In this document: one piece after another, positions 1 to 8,803 of the stretch | How the letters are laid out: every line of letters starts with the position of its first letter | How positions within the stretch are numbered: position 1 is the stretch's first letter | NCBI GenBank assembly: GCA_965235115.1 | Contig: OZ249447.1 | Location: 21,452,001 to 21,516,000 of the forward strand | Source of the DNA: Laetmonice hystrix | Taxonomy: Eukaryota | Length of the DNA: 64,000 nucleotides | Direction: 5' to 3' | The notes under the pieces: generated by a model | What the model was told of the DNA's origin: nothing | What the model saw: the letters and a program-made list of their open reading frames with translations, nothing else | The model's database searches: none | Position numbers and translations under genes: made by a program

Positions 1-237
1 CGGTCATCGATGGGCTACTCGACCCTGCGTCCACTGGACATCGTGGTCAGTGACCAGCCGGCCGGGGGGCAGGACCAGTACAGCCTGGTAAAGTCCGTCT
101 TCCGCCGGCCTAGCTATCCCTGGGGCCCGTCCTTCCCCAAGGCGGGGACCAGGCGGTTTAGCGTCATCGATTCAAGAAGATCCAGCCTGAAGGACGCTCT
201 CAATGACAGCGTGATTGATATTCTGCCTATGTGTGGG
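1..237 (+). CDS. Probable internal coding exon of an unidentified gene entering from the left edge
   Basis: Frame 1 is open throughout and 60 of 79 codons end in G/C (hand count). The donor is uncertain (phase-0 GTGACG at 238 is one of several). Confidence 0.45.
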
Positions 238-258
238 GTGACGAGGTGGGGCGGGGAC

Positions 259-900
259 GTCGAGCCTCGCTACATGGTCGGGTCGGCGGTCTGACCACAA
301 ACTGGACAATCTCTGACAATGTTTTGTTTCAATGTTAAGTCTCACTACATGGTCGGGTCGGCGGTCTGACCACAAACTGGAAATCTATGACGAGGTTTTG
401 TTTCAATGTCACTTTCCAGAACATAAATTTTGCTGACTTTTGGTGTAGTAGTGACGTCGAGTCTCACTACATGGTCGGGTCGGCCGTCTGGCCACAAACT
501 GGACAATCTCTGACAATGTTTTGTTTCAATGTCGAGTCTCACTACATGGTCGGGTCGGCGGTCTGACCACAAACTGGACAATCTGTGACGAGGTTTTGTT
601 TCAATGTCACTTTCCAGAACATAAATTTTGCTGACTTTTGGTGGAGCAGTGACGTTGAGTCTCACTATAATGGTCTGGTCGGGTCGGCGGTCTGACACAA
701 ACTGGACAATCAGTGACGAGTCTTTGTTTCAATGTCACTTTCCAGAACATATATTTTGCCGGCTTTTGGTGGAGCAGTGACGTCGAGTCTCACTACATGG
801 TCGGGTCGGCCGTCTGGCCACAAACTGGACAATCTGTGACAATGTTTTGTTTCAATGTCACTTTCCGGAAAATATATTTTGCTGTGTAGTAGTGACAGTC
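259..900. repeat. Compound tandem repeat of ~75-bp (A) and ~48-bp (B) modules, order AAB-AAB-AB-AB
   Basis: A starts at 259, 334, 456, 531, 654, 782; B starts at 408, 606, 734, 857. Confidence 0.9.
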
Positions 901-988
901 CTAACTTTCCTCCTGGGATGTATGGAGGCCTATACTGTCGAGCCGGTTTACGTGACACATGCATGGTGTGACATTGTGAGTCAGCCAG

Positions 989-1100
989 CCCCAGCCCCAA
1001 TCAGACAAGGCCTACGAGGCCCAGTAACCCCAGCCCCAATCAGACAAGGCCTACGAGGTCCGACGCCCCAGCCCCTGTCAGACGAAGGCCTGCCAGGCCC
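989..1100. repeat. ~39-bp tandem repeat x3 (CCCCAGCCCCAATCAGACAAGGCC...)
   Basis: Units start at 989, 1028, 1066. Confidence 0.85.
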
Positions 1101-1643
1101 GGCCTCTTCATTAGCCCCCAACTTTGGATCCGAAAGAAATGGCTAATTGCAATTCGCTGTATATTTTAAAAATCAAACTGATTTTTGGCTGCGAGTCTGC
1201 CTGGCAAGTTGGGCTTTTTTTTTGGGGGGGGGGGGTGAATGGTTAACATTTAGTATAGAGTTAGTTGTCTAGCGGCGTATAAACTTCCAAAGTGTTGCGG
1301 AGATAAATGAAAGAAATACCCCCCCCCCCCCCTCCGCTATGGGCCTGATGAGAACTTATAGATTCGGTCGGTTCAGTAGGCTCTACAATGTCCTTGATTC
1401 GGTCGGTTCAGTAGGCTCTTCAATGTCCTATCAACGGGAAACAAAACCTAGAACCACCACATCTTAATCGTAAATGTACATCGTAAAATGGCACTTTGAT
1501 CAAATGAAAGTACTAGTGGAACGTCCATCTCATGAAAACATTTTATTCTGGTCTCAACATAGGTCATATTACATGTACATGAAAAAAGGGTTTGCTTGTT
1601 TTATAGCAAATTCGACATAGCCGCTGTTGACGGTTTTCTGAAG

Positions 1644-1750
1644 CTAAGTGCCTCGAGGGTACAACATTATGTCTACGGGGGCTGCCAGACCATGCGGCCT
1701 GCTTCAAGGTCTGACTACGACTGTATCTGCAAGAGGCCTTGCCCCAAACG
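1644..1750 (+). CDS. Candidate exon of the same unidentified gene (LSASRVQHYVYGGCQ...DCICKRPCPK)
   Basis: TTTTCTGAAG acceptor, ACG|GTACGT donor, GC3-rich Cys-rich frame in AT-rich flanks. Confidence 0.35.
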
Positions 1751-3216
1751 GTACGTTTTACTTATATAATGATACCGCACTGGCTATCATGAACAGATTC
1801 GGTAATATACAGCTTCAGATCGTTTCATCCCATTTCGATACAAAATCTCCCAAGCAAACATTCAACAAATTATAAACATGAATAGAAAAGGATGAACATC
1901 GATACCTCACAGACGAAACAATGTACAAACACTGGACAACAGAACTCGTTAGTGACCATTCTGGCCGCATGAGGCCGCATCGTCGGCAAACCGCAAACCA
2001 GATGCGGGGAGTCAAAAGCATGGTTAGGATGCCGGAAATGACTATAAGGATACCATACATACAATCTGAATGATTTCTGTCTAAAGTGGAGAAATCGTCT
2101 ACCTCATGAGAAATATTATAGTAAGGCCTTCCGTGCAGTAGAGCGACGAGTCTCTCTCCCTCTCGCACACATTCCTAATGGGTCACGACTTATGAATGTA
2201 CATTGACTTTCATCCTGTGTCCTTACGGTTACAAAATGCCCTTGTGTGATTACAATACGCAGTTATAGTCATTTACATCACTGCTTGGAATTACTGTAGC
2301 CCATTGTATTATATGTAGCCTAATCTTATGATAACCCGCCTGAATGATTTTCTAATCAAACAACTTAAGTCACGCCAAATCAATTTTCGCCAAACGCAGT
2401 TCTGGAATAGAAGATCTTCCCTCGCTTTATCCCTGTTTTACCCTTCTGATGGAAGTATCCTTGTGCGATACCACCATTCTAGATACCGTATTACGTCTTA
2501 CATATCATCTCAATGGGCTAACACATATTATACAGGTTCGGTATATCGCACTACATCGGAAATGGTATGATAGCAAAGATGAGGCAAAACAGTATACCAT
2601 ATAACCATGCCATATTAGAGTATAGGATTTCGTGGCCTTAGAAATGGTGGGGTTCAAATACGCTTTGGCCATCAAATGTACATTTATTATCTTCCTCTAC
2701 ACATTCTCGTGGCTTCCTATAATATATACCGAACTTGAGAGATGACGTTCGTTGAAAAAGGATAAGTTTGGATCTATTTATAGGTTTATCATACCAACAT
2801 CATACGCGTCATAGTCTCAGCATGATCCAAAAATACAGGACAATATACGTGCTTAATCTGCTTTACGAATGATAATAATATATACATTCCGATCATCCCT
2901 AACAGATAGCTACCATTTCTTTCATATTGATAGACCTGGTCGCTCTTGGAGTGGTTTGTTTGGCGACTTTTAATTAGTAAAACTAAAAGGACTTCAGCCC
3001 TGTTATACGATTGCGTCAATGAAACGATTCGACGTAAGGCCCTAACACGTCCAACAAAATCATGAGAAAACTGTGCTCAAAACACCTGTCCATGCAAAAT
3101 GGCAACGGCCCTGGCTAAAAATACTCTACTTTACTAAAATATACAACTACTCGAATATATTTTGCATATATACACATCATGTCAACAAAACCCATTTCAC
3201 CCGTTATCGGTATCAG

Positions 3217-3346
3217 GTAAGCTCAGGCCGAGTGGGCGGCCTTTGTCGACTCTGGCAAAGCATGTCCACGGGACTGTTGTAAAACGAATCGTTGAGTCGG
3301 AGGGTAACGTTCTGTACCGGAGAACCATGCATTACACCGCCGGCTG
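3217..3346 (+). CDS. Candidate exon of the same unidentified gene (KLRPSGRPLSTLAKHVHGTVVKRIVESEGNVLYRRTMHYTAG)
   Basis: TATCAG acceptor, CTG|GTAAGC donor, single open frame. Confidence 0.35.
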
Positions 3347-3366
3347 GTAAGCTGGTAAATGAGAGC

Positions 3367-3632
3367 TGGAGACCCGGACAACCCAGCACCGGATGGACCA
3401 GTTGGTGGTTGGCGCCATGTGTCAGCTGGAGAACCGGTCAAAACCAGCACCAGTTGGTGGTTGGCGCCACGTGTAAGCTGGGGAACCGGTCAAAACCAGC
3501 ACCAGTTGGTGGTTGGCGCCACGTGTAAGCTGGGGAACCGGTCAAAACCAGCACCAGTTGGTGGTTGGCGCCACGTGTAAGCTGGAGAACCGGTCAAAAC
3601 CAGCACCAGTTGGTAGCTGGCGCCACGTGTAA
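3367..3632. repeat. 52-bp minisatellite, 4 copies plus 1 degenerate
   Basis: Units at 3425, 3477, 3529, 3581; each contains CCACGTG. Confidence 0.92.
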
Positions 3633-4249
3633 GAGGGATGAATCTGAAGTTAACGTCCGGTTAGCTGTAGTATTTCATTTGGGGTAGACCCTTCTATTTT
3701 ATCCAAACCAACATAAAAAAGACGCCATACACTCCCGAATGTTTTTATAATTGATTCTTGTTTAAGGCATGAGAGCGTCACCTTTAAAGCTGTATATCAC
3801 TGAAAGGCATCACCCTACAAAAGTTTCTTTGCTAAGTTTGTTGACCTATTTTCGCATGAGAAAAGTCACATAGTTCCACATTGTTCTCCAACCTACCAGG
3901 TACGCTTCCATATATACCTCTTACGGATCAGTATTGCCATGGGATCAAAGTTCCTCCAATAAATATAAAATATTTGTCAACACCTAAAACTGTCTAATTT
4001 ATAATAACACGAGCCTATGATGTCCAAGTTAATGACTAGTTTCATATTGCCTGGCATAAAAATTGCTTTGTGCATTGTTGTCAGACGTAAGGTTCCGGTC
4101 AAAACGTCATGCTATTGGTTATGATAACCACTCGAACCCAATGATAATAGTACACTCTGTTTGTACACTTTGATACGATGATCTGATACTAAACTATTCC
4201 GAAACCAATATAATAACGTACTGGGCCTGAAAATGTATATTCCTCGGTT

Positions 4250-5111
4250 TATATCGGGTGGATAAAAAAAAACGCCCCGAACTTTAAACTCCAATATTTC
4301 AAAAAGTATTGATTGTAATTGAATGAAATTTTTCTTACTATCACTTCATGATGTTGTCTCTTAGTTGTTAATGTTACAACTCAATAGCTTGGATAATATT
4401 TCCGTAGCGCTAAAAACAAAAATCATTGTACAAAAGCGCAATGCCGGGCTAAAGCGAGTGGTAGTCGCACCAGAGTCCCTGGCCTCACACTAGAGTAGGT
4501 GGTCAATCGGTCCCCCGTTTTCACTTCTTACTGCTCTCAGTCTCTTTTTCCATGAGCCAATGCACTTCCTGATCTCAGATAGGGAAATATCTTCCCAACA
4601 TTGGGAAATATGCAACGATCTGAATGTGTTGCTAAACGTGATAATGATACGATTTCCCTTGAACTTCTGGTTACAGTCATATCGTCCTAATGTTGCAGTT
4701 TCTCTGTAGGGTTTGGCACATTAAACATCTGTTTTTCTCTAGAAGTACTAGGAATAGCACATAATTTATTATATCTAGTGGTCCACAACATTATACATAT
4801 TGTAAAACATGCAAAAACTAAATATTGAAAATGTTTTTACCCAAGGTACAACGCGGTGCATCAAACAGGTATCAAATTGGACACCTGGCAGCTGCATGGT
4901 ATTTGACCTAATTCCGGCATTGCGTTTTTAGACACTGATTTTTGTTTTTAGCGCCACAGGATTAATATCAAAACTATTGAGCTGAAACTTTAACATACCA
5001 GAGATAATATCATGAAGTAATATTAAGAGAAATTTTATTGAAGCATAATGCATAGTTTTTGAGATAATAAAGTTTAAAGTTCGGGGCGTTTTTTTTTATC
5101 CACCCGATATA
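4250..5111. mobile_element. Non-autonomous DNA transposon (MITE/foldback) with ~200-bp imperfect terminal inverted repeats, TA-flanked
   Basis: 4251-4290 is the exact reverse complement of 5071-5110; weaker complementarity continues to about 4448/4914; TATA at both ends; no transposase ORF. Confidence 0.85.
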
Positions 5112-6917
5112 TGCATTAAGGCAAGGATAGACGCCGGAAGTATGTATTACGTCGAAATGGTTTGGAGACTGTATAACCTAGATTCCCGTTTCCCGGACAG
5201 GTCCCAAATTCTACACCGCCTACTGTGTGCGGCGTATTAACAGTAAATCACCTATAAATGTAATCCGCGCTATTTAGAATTAGAATGTCACACAAATCTG
5301 AAGGCAATATTTGACTTCATCAGACAATGCAGCGCACACACACCCTGGGACGGGAGGATACGCACCACACGCACGCATACTGGACAAGGCTAAAAGCAGA
5401 CCTTATCTCAGAGGGGGAAGCTTGTATAAATGTATGGGACTATCAAAATCGACAACATGGAGTCAATACATCCATGTCACAGGGGGCTACTCCAACGGTA
5501 CAATCATCGTCACAAAAAAAGAAAAGAAAAAAAAAAGATAGCACATGTGCTTCTCAAAAGACGTCATGTCTGAATCGAGTTGTTTTCTTGGTACAATGAA
5601 AAGTCAAGGTTAAATGTATCTAGTCGCCAAAACTAAAATAATCCTGAGACTGCACAGCACGATGGACTATACCTTCGTCCGCCGTCGGCGACAGAGGAAA
5701 AGAAGTTGGTGGATCAGGAGCCTTTACTTGGGTTGAAACCAGAGTCGGAAACCTTGGAAGGGAACCTCAACTGAGCAGGAAACCTGCCAAGGACCCCAGC
5801 CCACCCAGACCACGTGTTCTCAGCCCTATCAACACGTGGTTGGTCACACCCAGGCATGAAGTGGCTCAGTTCGGGTCTGTTACCCGTTTTCTAACCTCAG
5901 GTATATAGAAATATCATAACATAAATGTATAATGGGTACACGGTGAATATACAACGAAGCAACATACTATTGCCTTCAATATTTAGTCTTAATCATAATT
6001 TATCTTAAACGTACTTAATCATCTTAATCGTAATCATTTATCTTCTTAAACATACTCATTTATCTTAACCCAAAGACTGTAGACCTTTCTAAAACAGATT
6101 ATCATCAGATATTTGTTGGAGAGCGATCAGCTTAGAACCGAAAGACATAATTTTCAGAAGTGTTTTGTTAATGACGGGACATGCTACATTTCCTAAATCT
6201 TAGCTCTTGTACCTCAGACCATCAGTGAGCTGCTAAATATACAGAAAACTAATTTTTCAAGAAACCTTTTAAACTGATCAATATTTCAAATGTTCTTTGT
6301 TTCTGGCCTATTCAATTATTCGACTGTACGCGTGTATGATGCTTAGTCAGGCGGTACTCACATACTTTTGGTTTAAGTAAAAAATAAAAATTAGTAACAG
6401 TTACACAATCTTATTGTGACCTAAAAAAGTCGCGGTGATTCTTCCTCATACAGTGTCACTACAGCACCCAATTTCTTCATCATTTTACAAATGTTGAAGC
6501 TATTTGTTAACTAATTTAAAGTTCGACAATTGCAGGACATCCTCTGTAAATGCACGCTCCCCTCTTGTTCCACTCGCCCAAGATGCTGAAAAAAATGTTG
6601 ACTAGTACAATGTTAGGTTATTCAAATATACAAATGCGTGAATCTCTTTTTTTTTCTAAGTGGTAATGACTTGGGACGCACGTCTGGGCAGACTACATGA
6701 ACTACAATCTACTGTTGTAGTCACACTAAATAGTACCGGTAGATCCAAACCTAGTCAGCAGGTGTCTCTTTGAGTCTGTACTCTAGTCATCATCACCATA
6801 ATAATAAATATCACATAACGCAGTTCACCAAGCGACAGTCTCTGTTCTACTGCTGTCGGCAGTGGTTAGCCTTAGTCCCGGGACGAGTACCACCGTTATA
6901 CAATGTCCTCTCTACTT

Positions 6918-7821
6918 ACAGACAGACACTGGTCTGTCCTATTACCACTGGCCTGTCCTATTACCATCAGTAGACAGACACTGGTCTGTCCTATTACCAT
7001 CAGTAGACAGACGCTGGCCTGTCCTATTACCATCAGTAGACAGACGCTGGCCTGTCCTATTGCCATCAGCAGACAGACGCTGGCCTGTCCTATTACCATC
7101 AGTAGACAGACGCTGGCCTGTCCTATTACCATCAGCAGACAGACGCTGGCCTGTCCTATTACCATCAGCAGACAGACGCTGGCCTCTCCTATTACCATCA
7201 GTAGACAGACACTGGCCTGTCCTATTACCATCAGTAGACAGACACCGGCCTGTCCTATTACCATCAGTAGACAGACACCGGCCTGTCCTATTACCATCAG
7301 TAGACAGACACTGGCCTGTCCTATTACCATCAGTAGACAGACACCGGCCTGTCCTATTACCACCAGTAGACAGACACCGGCCTGTCCTATTACCATCAGT
7401 AGACAGACGCTGGCCTGTCCTATTACCATCAGCAGACAGACGCTGGCCTGTCCTATTACCATCAGTAGACAGACACCGGCCTGTCCTATTACCATCAGTA
7501 GACAGACGCTGGCCTGTCCTATTACCATCAGCAGACAAACGCTGGCCTGTCCTATTGCCATCACCAGACAGACGCTGGCCTGTCCTATTACCATCAGTAG
7601 ACAGACACCGGCCTGTCCTATTACCATCAGTAGACAGACGCTGGCCTGTCCTATTACCATCAGTAGACAGACGCTGGCCTGTCCTATTACCATCAGTAGA
7701 CAGACGCTGGCCTGTCCTATTGCCATCATCAGACAGACACTGACCTGTCCTATTACCTTCAGCAGACACTGGTCTGTCCTATTACCACCAGTAGACAGAC
7801 ACTGGCCTTTCTTATTACCAG
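6918..7821. repeat. 33-bp minisatellite, ~27 copies (TGGCCTGTCCTATTACCATCAGTAGACAGACGC)
   Basis: Direct inspection; source of the 275-333 aa repetitive ORFs. Confidence 0.97.
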
Positions 7822-8590
7822 GCTGTCTTCGCTCCGGCACAACATTCGAGGACATTTTCCAACGCGCGACCTTCATCTCCGACCTTATGTAAGGCAATGA
7901 TTTTGTTAGGATTTCTTGTTACTGGCAGGGGTCGAATGGGGGCCAGTTAGGCTGCACCACTGTTCATGTGACGGCACACCCATGCAGCGGGCCACACCTC
8001 CGGACACCTTCTGCTCTTTGATGTACATGTATGTACAATGACAAATGATACACTTAGACTCTAAGTTAGAGGCTAACAGCTACGGACCATCGCCATGTCC
8101 AGCCTTAATCAAACGGTGGTGTACTCTGTGAGGTCTCATATGATAACTGGATTTCTGAGCCAACATATATGAACTGATAAACTTTCCTTTCCATTTCCCC
8201 GGCTGCGCACAAAACAGGCACTCTGAAATACACCAAACCTGTTATTGTACTTTTTGTCAATGTGTACTTATATGTAAGTAACAGTGGCAAGAATGGCATC
8301 CTGGTCAGGACCGTTTGGATGACAAGGCAGGTCAACGGTGGGCCCTCTGTGACCTCGCTATCTCCATCACCAGATCTCAATAAACGTTGTGTCCTTCTAC
8401 AACAAAGCACCATGTTTTTTTTTATAAAGCATTAATTCCCTAAGCAGACAACAGAGTGTGAACATATATATATATTACGTCCTTATGCGTCTCACATATA
8501 ATACACAGCTCCACATAAATTAATGCCATTACGATCTGGTAGAGGTTGCTACGGTGAACGCTGAGTCGCTTCAGCACCATGATGAATGGG

Positions 8591-8604
8591 GCGCCCCCTG
8601 GTGT
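8591..8604 (-). promoter_or_regulatory. CTCF-consensus motif ACACCAGGGGGCGC in the PTP 3' UTR
   Basis: Sequence match only. Confidence 0.45.
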
Positions 8605-8632
8605 TAGTTCCTTACACCATCAAGGCCTCAGC

Positions 8633-8803
8633 TCACATTGTAGTTTCTGCCCTCTGGATTTTATTGAGCGAGTTTTCGGTGAAGTTTGTGGGCATGGTAG
8701 CGGGATAATTTGCACAGTTGGAAATGCCGGAATCTCGATCTCCAGCTGGCGTTGAATCTTCACACACACTCTCCAAGGCCTTGTATAACATATGGTAGTC
8801 TTC
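8633..8803 (-). CDS. PTP99A: PTP terminal coding exon 27 ([12 protein letters not shown]...RAETTM*)
   Basis: TTTGCAG acceptor; D2 end helix; TGA at 8635-8633; class I PDZ-type end E-T-T-M. Confidence 0.9.
   Translation of the reverse strand, partial: EDYHMLYKALESVCEDSTPAGDRDSGISNCANYPATMPTNFTENSLNKIQRAETTM

Noticed and set aside
172-1146. ORFs with repeated SDRRPDHVVRL or PAPIRQGLRG
   Set aside because: They arise from the A/B compound repeat and the 39-bp repeat.
1913-2022. Protein-like frame ETMYKHWTTELVSDHSG as an exon
   Set aside because: The acceptor region is purine-rich and its phases do not fit the neighbouring candidates.
6862-7897. Four ORFs of 275-333 aa
   Set aside because: They are translations of a 33-bp minisatellite on both strands, with no splice or domain support.
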